From assembly GCA_046597055.1 (NCBI GenBank), contig JBKJLC010000238.1, positions 1-15,581 of the forward strand: 15,581 bases of DNA. Direction: 5' to 3'. The notes below the pieces were generated by a model. It was not told where the DNA came from. It did not search any database and was given only the letters and a program-made list of their open reading frames with translations. The position numbers were made by a program, and so were the translations under genes. Shown here one piece after another: positions 1-11,380 of the stretch; positions within the stretch are counted from its first letter, which is position 1, and each line of letters starts with the position of its first letter. Source of the stretch: Kofleriaceae bacterium. GTDB lineage: Bacteria; Myxococcota_A; Polyangia; Haliangiales; Haliangiaceae.

Positions 1-154
1 GCCGGAGGTGTATTTCACCGGGACCTTGCCTCAATGAGCAGGGGGCCGGCCACGGCGCCGGCAACGTATACGTGGAGGTGTTGCGCGGGGTCGGGAGCGT
101 GATCGTGACCGCGTCGCTGCACCTTGCCGCTCTGCCCTCTGGATCCCGCACATC

Positions 155-493
155 TTCCCGGTGTCCCTGAGCCAGGGCGAGCGAGCCCGCCGTCGAAGGG
201 CAGTCCGTCGAAGATCACGTGCGGCACCTTGGCGCTCTGCCCTTCGACACGGCGCCTTCTTCGCCGGCTCAGGGCCACCGGGAAAGGTGAGCGCTTCCGA
301 TCACATGAAGACTTGTGATCAATCCCGAGCCCTGCCCTCCGACGCGGCGCCTTCGGCGCCGGCTGAGGGACATCGGGAAAGGGTGAGCGCTTCCGATCAC
401 ATGGAGGCTTGGGATCAATCCTGAGCTCTGCCCTTCGACACGGCGCTTCGCGCCGGCTCAGGGCCACCGGAAAAGGGGAGCGCTTCGATCACA
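155..493. repeat. REP/BIME-like array: one inverted partial copy (155-203) plus three tandem ~95-bp units (starts 234, 329, 425; the last is truncated)
   Basis: Each unit reads approximately GCTCTGCCCTTCGAC-[GC hairpin]-GGCTCAGGG(C/A)CACCGGGAAAGG..GAGCGCTTCCGATCACA. Periods are 95 and 96 bp. The reverse complement of 155-203 is CTGCCCTTCGAC...GGCTCAGGGACACCGGGAA. Confidence 0.9.
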
Positions 494-545
494 CGCTGCT
501 GAGCGACCCGCTGAGGGCGGACACGCCCACGCTCACGTTCCTCGC

Positions 546-1661
546 TCAGGTGTCTTCGTCGAAGTCGGTCAGGTGCCACGCGCCCGGGTCGACCACCCGC
601 GCTCGCAGATGCGCCGGCAGTCCCTCGCCGGCCGCGACCGCGATCATCCGGTCGGCCTGGCGCGGCTCGAACCCGCGCGCGGCCAGCCCGTCGCTCAGCC
701 AGCTCGCGCCGAGGTAGCGCATCGACACGCTGTGCACGCCGGCCCGGTACAGCGCGGTCGGTAGCAGGTCGAGCAGGCCCAGCACGTCGTCCTTGTGGCC
801 GAACAGGTCCTTGACGTACGCGTTGTCGCCGTCGCGCTCGATCACGGCGTAGGCACGCAGCTCGCCGTCGGTGCGGGCGTAGGCGGTCACCCACTCGCGC
901 GCTGGGGCCACCGGGTATCGCCACGCCAGCACCGCGTGGGTGCGATGGCTGCAGATCTCGTAGTCGCCGCGGGCCTGGGCCCACAACCGCTCGACCGCGG
1001 GGTCGGGCGCCGGCGCCGAGCGCAGCTTGAGCCGGCGGGTCGCGGCGGCCGCGGCCGGTGACCGGCGCGCCAGCTGGGCGACGTCGATCGCCGCGCCCGC
1101 GACCGCCGCGAAGCCCGGCAGCGAGGCGGCGCGGTAGATCCACGCGCGCGCCGCCGGTGGCACCTTGCCGAGATCGAGCTCGCGGACCCGGGTCGCGTAG
1201 CTCGCGTGGCGGAGCACCCGCGCCCACCGGGTGATCGTTCCCAGCGAGCCGTAGCCGACCCGCTTGAACACGCCGGCCGCGAGCTTGTTGGGAAACCCGT
1301 AGGCGACGTCGTGGTGCCCGAGCGCCCACTGCTTGACCGTGCGCACCAGCGCCAGCGCCGGGCCCACCGAGCGGTGGGCCTTGTCGACCGCGAGGTCGGC
1401 GAGCAGGCCGGCGGTGCCGTCGTGGTCGCCGAGCTGCATGCCACGCACCGCGAGGCCGGCGGTGCCGACCCGGGTGCCGTCGGCCGCCAGCAGCAGGAAC
1501 ACGTCCTCGCCGCGGCGGGGGGCGCGGCGATACAGCCAGTCGTACTTGGCGTGCACGCCGCCCTCGACCGTCAGGTTGCGGCCCCACAGCGCGCACAGCT
1601 CGTCGGCGACGTCCTCGGGACGCGCGCGCTCGACCTGGTAGGCGGGAGGCGGCGCGGTCAC
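546..1661 (-). CDS. GNAT-family N-acyltransferase (371 aa), EPS-locus type
   Basis: Only the C-terminal part of the 1065-aa track ORF is protein-like. A GTG at 1661 overlaps the upstream TGA (GTGA). GNAT motif A-like LADLAVDKAHRSVGPALALVR and YGFPNKLAAGVFKRVGY are present. Confidence 0.8.
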   Translation of the reverse strand: MTAPPPAYQVERARPEDVADELCALWGRNLTVEGGVHAKYDWLYRRAPRRGEDVFLLLAADGTRVGTAGLAVRGMQLGDHDGTAGLLADLAVDKAHRSVGPALALVRTVKQWALGHHDVAYGFPNKLAAGVFKRVGYGSLGTITRWARVLRHASYATRVRELDLGKVPPAARAWIYRAASLPGFAAVAGAAIDVAQLARRSPAAAAATRRLKLRSAPAPDPAVERLWAQARGDYEICSHRTHAVLAWRYPVAPAREWVTAYARTDGELRAYAVIERDGDNAYVKDLFGHKDDVLGLLDLLPTALYRAGVHSVSMRYLGASWLSDGLAARGFEPRQADRMIAVAAGEGLPAHLRARVVDPGAWHLTDFDEDT

Positions 1662-3684
1662 GACCGGCCGAGCTCGCGCCGGATCCCCTCGCGCACGCCG
1701 ACCCGCGGGCGCCAGCCGAGCAGCTGCTCGGCGCGACCGGTGCTCCAGGTGATGCGCGCGAGCGCCGACTGCAGGCGGTACAGCGCCACCGGCGACGGCT
1801 TGCCGAGCGCACCCAGCGGCAGCTCGCTGAACTTGCCGAGGCCGAACACCAGCGCGCGCGGCACCCGCAATACCTTGCCACCGCCGCCGGCGAGCTCGAG
1901 CACGTCGGCCTGGGTCAGCTGATCGCCGTCGATGAGCTGGATGATCTCGCCCTGCTTGAGGCCCTTCTGCATCGCCGCCATGATCGCGTCGACCACGTCG
2001 TCCATGTAGACCAGCGGCAGCTCGAGCTGGCCATCGCCGAGGACCAACCAGCGGCCACCGGCCCGGCGCGCGACCGCGCCGTTGACCAGCGCGATGCCGC
2101 CGCCGAAGATCTGGCCCGGGCGCAGGATGACCGCGGGCAGCCCGGCCGCCGCGGCCGCGACCACCAGCTTCTCGGCCTCGAGCTTGGCGCGGGTGTAGGC
2201 CCCGCGCTCCTCGGCGCGCGGCTCGAGCGCGGCGCCCTCGTCGATCGGCCCGCGCCCGGCCGAGCCGGCCCAGTCGATCACCGACATCGAGCTGATGTGG
2301 ACCAGCTGCTCGACCTGGTACCGCTTGCACGCGTCGATCACGTTCTGGGTGCCGACCACGGTGCCGCCGAGGTGCTCGGGCCAGCCGCCCTTCATCGCCG
2401 CGCCGGCGTGGACGACGACCTTGGCGCCCTTGACCGCCTTGTCGACCGCGATCGGATCGCCGAGGTTGCCGATCGCATACTCGACGCCGGCCTGCGGCTT
2501 GCGCGGGATCCGCCGGACCATCGCGCGGACCTTCTTGCCGTCGGCCAGCAGGCGCGCGAGGGTCGAGCGGCCCAGGAACCCGGAGGCGCCGGTGAGCAGC
2601 ACGTCGACCGAGTCGGTCAGCTTGAAGCGGGCCAGCTGGCCCGCGTGGTCGGCGTCGGCCGCGCGCGCGACCTTCTCGACCCACTCGACCACGTTGACCG
2701 CCTCGAGCACGTCGACCGGCGGCGCCTCGCCGTTGCCCAGCCGCCGGTAGAAGTCGGCGATCAGGTTGCGCAGGCCCTGGTACGACTGGATCTCCTTGCG
2801 GACGAACTTCCACACGCCGATCGGCACGTCGATCAGCGGCTGGATCGAGTCGGTGAACGCGTTGACCAGCCGCTCGGCCGCCTTGGGCAGGGGCGTGGAG
2901 CTGCGCTTGCCGTGGAACATCGCGAACAGATCGACCCGCAGCACCTGCTTGGTGCCGTGGATGATGATCTGGCTCTGCATCGGCTTCACGTTCCAGGTCA
3001 GCTGGAACTGGGCGAGGCCGCGCTTGCACTTCACCTGGGCCCGCCACTCGTCGTAGGCGAGGTTGGGATCGCCACCGAGCGACTGCCACGACGCCTCGAC
3101 GTCCTCGATCGTGCCGAGCAGCTCCTGGATGAGATACAGGCAGTGCACGCCGATGTCGCGGAACGGATAGCCGGCCTCGCGGTAGTGCGGCGGCAGCGGG
3201 CCACCCTGGTAGGGCGGGTACTCCGAGCCGCGCAGGATGTCGACCGAGACCACCTCGCCGAGCGCGCCCGAGCGCACCGCCTCGAGGGCCCGCTCGACCT
3301 GCGGATCGTAGAGCAGCGAGTGGTTGACCGTCGCGGTCAGGCCCTTGCGCTTGGCCAGCTCGGCGATCTTGCGGCCCTCCTCGGGGTCCTCGGTCACCGG
3401 CTTCTCGATGATGACGTGGCAGCCCTGCTCGAGCGCGGCCAGCGCGACCTTGCCGTGCGACGACGGCGGGGTCAGCACGTGGATCACGTTGGCGCCGGCG
3501 GCGATGATCTCGTCGAGCGACTTGAACGTCTTCACGCCGAACTTCTCGCCGAACGCGGCCGCGCGGGTCGCGTCGAGATCGACGACGCCGATCAGCTCGA
3601 CGTCGGGCAGGGCGCGCACGGCAGCCACGTGGAACTCGCAGATGTTGCCGGCGCCGATCATGCCGGCCTTGAAGCGTGCGGTGG

Positions 3685-3688
<4 letters not shown>
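1658..3688 (-). CDS. Fusion of Gfo/Idh/MocA oxidoreductase and NAD-dependent epimerase/dehydratase (extended SDR), 676 aa
   Basis: N half: MIGAGNI Rossmann motif, IIEKP, DIGVH. C half: LLTGASGFLG, HISSMSV, YTRAK (YxxxK), ILRPGQIFG, VYMDDVV. Confidence 0.9.
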
Positions 3689-4875
<1,187 letters not shown>

Positions 4876-4884
4876 CGATCCCGG

Positions 4885-4913
4885 AACCTACGGGCGCCCG
4901 GGCGCGATGTCCA
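4885..4913 (-). promoter_or_regulatory. Putative sigma70-type promoter for the GT/oxidoreductase/GNAT operon
   Basis: Minus strand TGGACA (4913-4908), 17-nt spacer, TAGGTT (4890-4885), then 9 nt to the GTG at 4875. No obvious SD. Confidence 0.6.
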
Positions 4914-5054
4914 GCCGCGCGCACGGGATGTCCCACGGGCATGCGCGGGAGTGGTGGTCGCTTCGCGAAGGCCGGGAGTGACCGGTCTTCGGACATCCAC
5001 TGGCCGGCCTCGGCGGCCGCCGAACCTGCTCGAACGACCCGCCGTCGAGTAGCC

Positions 5055-5069
5055 GGGGACAGCCCTTGC
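5055..5069 (+). promoter_or_regulatory. Possible sigma54 (-24/-12) promoter upstream of the deacetylase
   Basis: GGGGAC-AGCCC-TTGC gives GG-N10-GC spacing, with two mismatches to TGGCAC. It ends 31 nt before the ATG at 5101. Confidence 0.3.
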
Positions 5070-5100
5070 CCGCGGGGCCTGCGCCCGGTTACGACGCGGT

Positions 5101-5745
5101 ATGTCCGCGATCGAGGTCGTGAAGGCGCGGGTCCGGGACCTCGTCCAGCGGGCGAGCGGGCGCATGTACTGGCGAGGTTCGGTCGACCGGCGGCGGGTCG
5201 CGCTCACGTTCGACGACGGCCCCGACGATCTGACCGAGGCCTACCTCGACGTCCTCGATCGCCACGGCGTGCCGGCGACGTTCTTCGTGATGGGCGACCT
5301 CACCGAGGCCCGGCGGTCGACGATCCTCGAGTACCTGCGCCGCGGCCACCAGGTCGGCAGCCACGGCTACGACCACACCCGGATGACCACGCTGTCGCCG
5401 CGCGCGCTGCTCGACCAGCTCGACCGCACCGCGGCGGTGATCGGCCCGGTGCCGCAGGGTCGGCTGTGGGTCCGGCCGCCCTACGGCGCGGTCAACCCGA
5501 CCGTGCTCGCGGCGATGCTCGCGCGCGGCTACACGATCGGCATGTGGTCGCTCGACAGCCACGACTTCGAGGGCAGCGTCGACGAGATCGTGGCGCGGTG
5601 CGCGCCCGAGCGGGTCGCGCCCGGCGACGTGCTGCTGTTCCACGAGGGCTACGCCAGCACGCTGGCCGCGCTGCCGCGCATCATCGATGGCCTGCACGGC
5701 GCCGGCTACGAGCTGGTGACGATGGCCGATCTCGTCGCGACGTGA
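5101..5745 (+). CDS. Polysaccharide deacetylase (CE4/NodB domain), 214 aa
   Basis: All five CE4 motifs: TFDDGP, HGYDH, RPPYG, DSHDF, LLFHE. No evident signal peptide. Confidence 0.93.
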   Translation: MSAIEVVKARVRDLVQRASGRMYWRGSVDRRRVALTFDDGPDDLTEAYLDVLDRHGVPATFFVMGDLTEARRSTILEYLRRGHQVGSHGYDHTRMTTLSPRALLDQLDRTAAVIGPVPQGRLWVRPPYGAVNPTVLAAMLARGYTIGMWSLDSHDFEGSVDEIVARCAPERVAPGDVLLFHEGYASTLAALPRIIDGLHGAGYELVTMADLVAT

Positions 5746-7229
5746 TCTCGCGCCGGGACCTGGCCCTCGCGGCGCTCGTCGCGACGGGCGTCGTCGGCTG
5801 TCAGGACCGCCCGCCCGGTGCGGCCCTGGCCGTGCTCGGCGAAGCCGAGGTCCTGCGCTGGACCGACCCGCTGCCGGTGCGCTCGGCGAGCTTCGACGGT
5901 GCGGTCGTGCGCCTGCACGGCGCGCGCGGCGAGGTGCTCGGCGTGCAGGTCGTGCGGGCCGGGCGCGGCACGGTCGCGGTGACCCTGGCGGTCGAGGCCG
6001 CGGCGGTGACCGGCTTCGCGGTCGAGCACCACGACGTGCGCGCGCCGTCGACCGCCATGTACGGCGGCAGCCGCGGGGTCGGTCGCTACCCCGATCGACT
6101 GACCGCCGCCGCGGGCCCGGTGACCGCGGCGCGCGCGGCCTACTTCGACGTCGCGATCGGCCGCGACGCTGCGGCCGGGGTCCATGCCGGCGAGCTCGTG
6201 GTCGGCGGCGACCGCTATCCGGTCGAGCTGGTCGTGGTCGACGCGACCCTCCCCGATCTGGCCGCAGCGCCGCGGGTCTGGGCCTACTACGACCCGATCG
6301 AGATCGCCCGCGCCCACGACGTCGCCGACCCGCTGGCGAGCGAGCGTGCGTACGCGGCGATGTTCCGCGCCCACGGCGTGATCGCGTCGCCCGAGCTGAC
6401 CGCCGGGTCGTGGCCGGCGCGCCGCGACCTGGTCGCCGGGCTGCCGTTCGTGCCGGTGCTGCTGCCGCGCGACCGGGCCGGCATCACCGCCGAGGTCGCC
6501 GGCTGGCGTGATCGCCTGGCCGGGACCGGGCAGGTCGCGTTCGCGATCCCGATCGACGAGCCGCGCGCGCTCCTCGCCCAGCTGCGCGTGCGCGTCCTCG
6601 CCGGCTGGGTCCGGGCCGCGGGCGGCGGGCCCGGCCGCTTCCTCTACGCAGTGACCCACGCGCCCGGCTGGTTGCTCGGCGACGAGGTCGACGTCTTCAT
6701 CTCGCCGTTCGCGGTGCGGCCCGGCGAGGCGCGCGCGACCTGGACCTACAACGGCACGCCGCCGTGGGCGGGCGCGATGGTGCTCGACGCCGCCGGCGGC
6801 GGACCGCGGACCTGGGGCTGGATCGGGTACCGCTACCAGGTGCCGCTCTGGTACGTGTGGGAGGCGCTGTACTGGGCGGATCGCCACAACGACGGCCGCG
6901 CCGCCCGCGGCCACGACCTGGTCCGCGACCCGATCAGCTTCGACGACGGCGAGGATCACGGCAACCTCGACGGCGTGCTCGCCTATCCCGGCCCGCGGCC
7001 GTCGCTGCGGCTCAAGGCGGTGCGGCGCGGCCAGCAGGATCGCGCGCTGCTCGAGGCGCTCGCCGCCTGCGCCGGCGCCGACGCGGCGATGGCGATCGCG
7101 CGCGCGACCGTGCCGCGCGCGCTGGGCGAGGTGCAGGCCGGCGACCCGCCGACCTGGCCGCGCGACGAGGCCGGCTGGGAGGCCGCGCGCGAGCAGGTGC
7201 TGGCGGCGCTGGCGGCGTGTCCGCCCTAG
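5742..7229 (+). CDS. Predicted lipoprotein with C-terminal DUF4091 (GH123-like glycoside hydrolase), 495 aa
   Basis: GTG overlaps the deacetylase stop (GTGA). N-terminus MISRRDLALAALVATGVVGC has a twin-Arg and a lipobox. ARGEVLGVQV near the N-terminus, an internal PIDEPR, and C-terminal DGVLAYPG..PSLRLKAVRRGQQD resemble DUF4091. Confidence 0.72.
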   Translation: MISRRDLALAALVATGVVGCQDRPPGAALAVLGEAEVLRWTDPLPVRSASFDGAVVRLHGARGEVLGVQVVRAGRGTVAVTLAVEAAAVTGFAVEHHDVRAPSTAMYGGSRGVGRYPDRLTAAAGPVTAARAAYFDVAIGRDAAAGVHAGELVVGGDRYPVELVVVDATLPDLAAAPRVWAYYDPIEIARAHDVADPLASERAYAAMFRAHGVIASPELTAGSWPARRDLVAGLPFVPVLLPRDRAGITAEVAGWRDRLAGTGQVAFAIPIDEPRALLAQLRVRVLAGWVRAAGGGPGRFLYAVTHAPGWLLGDEVDVFISPFAVRPGEARATWTYNGTPPWAGAMVLDAAGGGPRTWGWIGYRYQVPLWYVWEALYWADRHNDGRAARGHDLVRDPISFDDGEDHGNLDGVLAYPGPRPSLRLKAVRRGQQDRALLEALAACAGADAAMAIARATVPRALGEVQAGDPPTWPRDEAGWEAAREQVLAALAACPP

Positions 7230-7284
7230 CGTGCACGGGCGTCCGGCTATTCTCGCTGCGCGGTTGTGGGTACGCTCTCCGCCA

Positions 7285-7383
7285 ATGAGCGATGCCAAGA
7301 CCTACGCTGGCAGATGTCATTGCCTCGACGACATCAACCCCGACGACCTCAGCAAGATGTCGGTCGACGGCGCGAGCAAGTAG
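7285..7383 (+). pseudogene. Internally deleted GFA/CENP-V family remnant (32 codons)
   Basis: Translates to MSDAKTYAGRCHCLDDINPDDLSKMSVDGASK*. This is a GFA-like N-terminus (KTYxGxCHC) joined directly to a GFA-like C-terminus (CLDD.....DG.S). Not in the ORF track. Confidence 0.65.
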
Positions 7384-7390
7384 CGCGCCC

Positions 7391-8038
7391 GTGACGGTCA
7401 CCATCGCAGTCGCGTCGCACCCCTTGCTCGAGATCGGCGCGTTCGTCACGCAGCTGCCCGCGCCGCTCGGCGATCTGCCGGCGGTGTCGTTCGCCGATGC
7501 CGTCGCGCCGCCCGACCTGGGCCGGGTCGACGACGCCGTGCGGGCGGCGGTGCGCGCGCTCCTGCGCGAGGGCGGCTACAAGCCGTCGGGCCGCAGCAAG
7601 CCGGCGTCGGAGTACCTGGGCCAGGCCGCGGGCGTGGGCCGCTTCCCCGCGGTCAACCCGGTGGTCGACGCCTGCAACCTGGTGTCGCTGCACAGCGGGC
7701 TGCCGGTCAGCGTGATCGATCTCGACCTGGTGACCGGCGCGCTGACCATCGACGTGTGCCCGACCGGCACGACCTACGTGTTCAACCCGTCGGGGCAGAG
7801 CATCGACGCCACTGGCCTGCTCCGGCTGGCCGATGGCGACGGGCCGTCGGCCACGCCGGTGAAGGATGCGCAGCGCACCAAGATCCACGGTGGCACCCGC
7901 ACCACCCTGTCGATCGTGTGGGGCACGCTGTCGCTGCCAGGCCGCACCGCGGCCGCCACCGCCTGGTACCAGGCGCTGTGCGCCGAGCGCCTGGGCGCGA
8001 CCATCGACTACGTGCGCTGCCTCGGCGCCGGGACCTGA
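7391..8038 (+). CDS. Free-standing B3/B4 domain protein (PheRS beta editing-domain-like), ~215 aa
   Basis: VRALLREGGYKPSGRSKPASEYL and AVNPVVDACNLVSLHSGLPVSVIDLD. GTG 7391 is preferred over 7292 because the extension overlaps the GFA remnant and is S/T-rich. Confidence 0.8.
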   Translation: MTVTIAVASHPLLEIGAFVTQLPAPLGDLPAVSFADAVAPPDLGRVDDAVRAAVRALLREGGYKPSGRSKPASEYLGQAAGVGRFPAVNPVVDACNLVSLHSGLPVSVIDLDLVTGALTIDVCPTGTTYVFNPSGQSIDATGLLRLADGDGPSATPVKDAQRTKIHGGTRTTLSIVWGTLSLPGRTAAATAWYQALCAERLGATIDYVRCLGAGT

Positions 8039-8062
8039 CCCGCGCACCGGCGGCCGGGTCGG

Positions 8063-8865
8063 TCAGCCCGCGCCGGCCGCCAGCAGCGCCCACACCCGCC
8101 GCGGGTCGAGCCCGACCGCTGGCCCCAGCCGCATCCGGCGCAGCCGCCGCACCGGCGCGAAGCCGAGCGCGGCGCTCATCGCCAGCGCCGCCGCGCACGG
8201 GGCCGGCAGCGCCAGGATCTCGCCGCCCGGGGCCAGCGCGGCCAGCAGGTCGCCACCCGCCTGGTCGTTCAGCGCGACGATCGACCCCAGCCGGTTGTCG
8301 AGCCGCAGTCCGTAGCCGGTGGGTCGACCGTCCGGATCCCGGACAACCAACGCGGCCACCGGCTCGGCCAGGAGCGCGCGCAGCATCGCGGCCCGGTCGA
8401 CGCCCAGCACGGCGCGGTCGAGCGCGACGATCGCCTCCGCGTCACCCGCGCGCAGCGCCGCCGTCGCGGCCGCCGGACCTGCCGTGGTCGCGGGCCGGGT
8501 GGTGATGAGGGTCTCGTACTCGGTGACGTAGCCGAGCGCGGTGTAGAGCCGCTCGCCGGCCTCGGTCGCCTCGAGCAGCATCGTGGTGGCGCCGGCCGCG
8601 CGGGCCAGCTCGTGCACGTGGACGAGCAGGCGGCGGCCGAGGCCCTGGCCCTGGCGCGCGGTCCGCACCGCCATGCACCCGATGAACGCCGCCGGTGGCT
8701 GCCACAGCGCGCCGCACATCGCGATCAGGGTCCCGGCCTCGACCCAGCCGAGGTAGCGCCCGGGCCAGTCGAGGTAGCGGCGGAACAGCGCGCGCCCGGA
8801 GGCCAGGCCGGCCTCCTCGAGCAGGTCGCTCGCGGCCGCGAGGTCGGCGAGCCCGAGGGGGACGA

Positions 8866-8869
<4 letters not shown>
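8063..8869 (-). CDS. GNAT-family N-acetyltransferase (YitH-like two-domain), 268 aa
   Basis: [17 protein letters not shown] (motif A) and [16 protein letters not shown] (motif B). GTG 8869 overlaps the upstream stop (GTGA). Confidence 0.85.
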
Positions 8870-9804
<935 letters not shown>

Positions 9805-9811
9805 GAGGCTA

Positions 9812-11380
9812 TCACTTCTCCACCCGCTGGGTGGCGTGACGGCGGAGGCCCCGGATGCGGCTGCGGGCGCGCGCGCGCGGGATGACGGCGAGCACCGGGG
9901 CGACCCCGAGCGCGTCGAGGTCGCTCCGTCGATAGATGCGGTCGTCGATGATGGCCAGGCCCAGGGCCAGGCCGGTGCCGAGCATCGTGAACAGCAGCAC
10001 GCCAGCGATCACGAGGATCTTCTTGCCCTTGCCCATCGGCTTGAGCGGCTTGAAGGCGGGATCGACCACCGACAGGCTGGCGCCCTGCTCGGCGACCCGC
10101 TGCTGAGCCTCGAGCTGGGACCGGAACGCGCCGGCGCCGAGCTGGGTCACCCGCTCGCGCTGCTCGTCGACATCGAGCCGCAGGTTCTGGTAGTCGTCCT
10201 CGAGCTTGACCACCCAGTTGCCGGTGGTCTCCGGCTTGCCGACCGGCTCGGGGGCGCCCCCGGCGCGGGCCTTGGCGGCCGTGATCAGGCGCTCGACGTT
10301 GGCCAGCTCCTTCTCGAGCACCTTGGGATCGACCGGGCCGGTCGGCAGCGCGAGCTCGGGCCGCTCGCCCACGCTGGCCGGCACCGCCGCCTTGGCCGCG
10401 GCCACCCGCTGCTTGGCCGCCGCGACTCGCTCGTTGGCCTTGATGACGTTGGGGTGCTTGTCGGTCCACTTGCCGCGCTCGGCGGCGAGCTGGCGCTCGG
10501 CCTCGGCCAGCTCGCGCTGGGCCTCGGCGACCCGACCGTCGGCGGCGATCTGCTCGGCGGTGCGCGGGCGCGGCGCGCGCGGCTCGGGCGGCGGCGGCGG
10601 CGCCTCGGGGTTGGCCAGGCGCGCCTTGATGCGGCTGCGCTGCCGCTCGAGCGCGAGCAGGGCCGACTCGGCCGCCGAGCGCGGTCGGGTGCCCGGGGTC
10701 TCGCCCCGCTGCGACAGGCGGATCGACGCGCCTTCGCCCTGGCCCTCGGCCGCGTCGATCGCGAACTCGGGGTGCTTCACCAGGAACTCGTTGAGCGCGC
10801 TCTGCCGGACCCGCAGCTCGTCGGTGGCCTCCTTGCGCAGGCTCTCGGCGAACGCGGCGGTCTCCTGGGCCGACTGCAGGCGGCTGGCCGCCTCCTTGGA
10901 CTTGAGGAGCCGGGTCAGCTCGTCGGTGACCGCCCTCGCGCGCTCGGGATCCGAGTCCATGTACGTGATGAGGAACGTGTTGGCGCCGCGCGGCCGGAAC
11001 GTGATCTGCAGCCGCAGCTCCTCGACCGCCGCCTCCTCGCCGTCGGCCGCGACCACCTCGGGGAACGGGTTCAGCTTGGGATTGCGGATGATCTCGGCCA
11101 GCGAGCTGCGGGCCAGCAGCAGCTCGCGGTAGCGCTCGCCGATGTTGCGGTTGTGGGTCGAGACGTCGCGGTTCTGCAGCAGGCTGGTCTGGATGCGCTC
11201 CTGGTAATAGAGCACCGCGCCCGACTGGAAGACCTTGGGCCGCGTCATCGCGAACACGATCGACAACAGGGTGCCGATGACCACCAGCCCGGCGACCACC
11301 CACCAGTAGCGCCGGGCCCGGTGCACGTACTGGAGCAGCCGGTCGAGCTTGTCGCGCGGGGTCGCAGGGGTCATCGCCAT
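9812..11380 (-). CDS. Polysaccharide co-polymerase (Wzc/GumC-like, no fused kinase), ~520 aa
   Basis: N-terminal TM ([18 protein letters not shown]), a long coiled-coil periplasmic region with [18 protein letters not shown] before TM2, and DDRIY...PVLAVIP. Start may be ATG 11374 (ATGA overlap). Confidence 0.88.
   Translation of the reverse strand: MAMTPATPRDKLDRLLQYVHRARRYWWVVAGLVVIGTLLSIVFAMTRPKVFQSGAVLYYQERIQTSLLQNRDVSTHNRNIGERYRELLLARSSLAEIIRNPKLNPFPEVVAADGEEAAVEELRLQITFRPRGANTFLITYMDSDPERARAVTDELTRLLKSKEAASRLQSAQETAAFAESLRKEATDELRVRQSALNEFLVKHPEFAIDAAEGQGEGASIRLSQRGETPGTRPRSAAESALLALERQRSRIKARLANPEAPPPPPEPRAPRPRTAEQIAADGRVAEAQRELAEAERQLAAERGKWTDKHPNVIKANERVAAAKQRVAAAKAAVPASVGERPELALPTGPVDPKVLEKELANVERLITAAKARAGGAPEPVGKPETTGNWVVKLEDDYQNLRLDVDEQRERVTQLGAGAFRSQLEAQQRVAEQGASLSVVDPAFKPLKPMGKGKKILVIAGVLLFTMLGTGLALGLAIIDDRIYRRSDLDALGVAPVLAVIPRARARSRIRGLRRHATQRVEK

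Noticed and set aside
1..120. Possible 3' end of a gene (e.g. PEVYFTGTLPQ* ending at 37) and palindrome ACGTATACGT at 64-73
   Set aside because: Too short to assign a frame or product; a single 10-bp palindrome is weak evidence.
15..467. 150-aa ORF and overlapping small ORFs with internal peptide repeats
   Set aside because: These are translations of the DNA repeat array, with no protein-like features.
234..493. CRISPR array
   Set aside because: The whole ~95-bp unit is repeated, with no unique spacers. There is an inverted copy and no cas gene in the window.
4941..5741. N-terminal extension making a 762-aa protein
   Set aside because: It overlaps the deacetylase in another frame. The signal peptide begins at 5742.
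8037..8060. Hairpin GACCCG...CGGGTC between convergent stops as a terminator
   Set aside because: Short stem, no U-tract, and likely by chance at this GC content.
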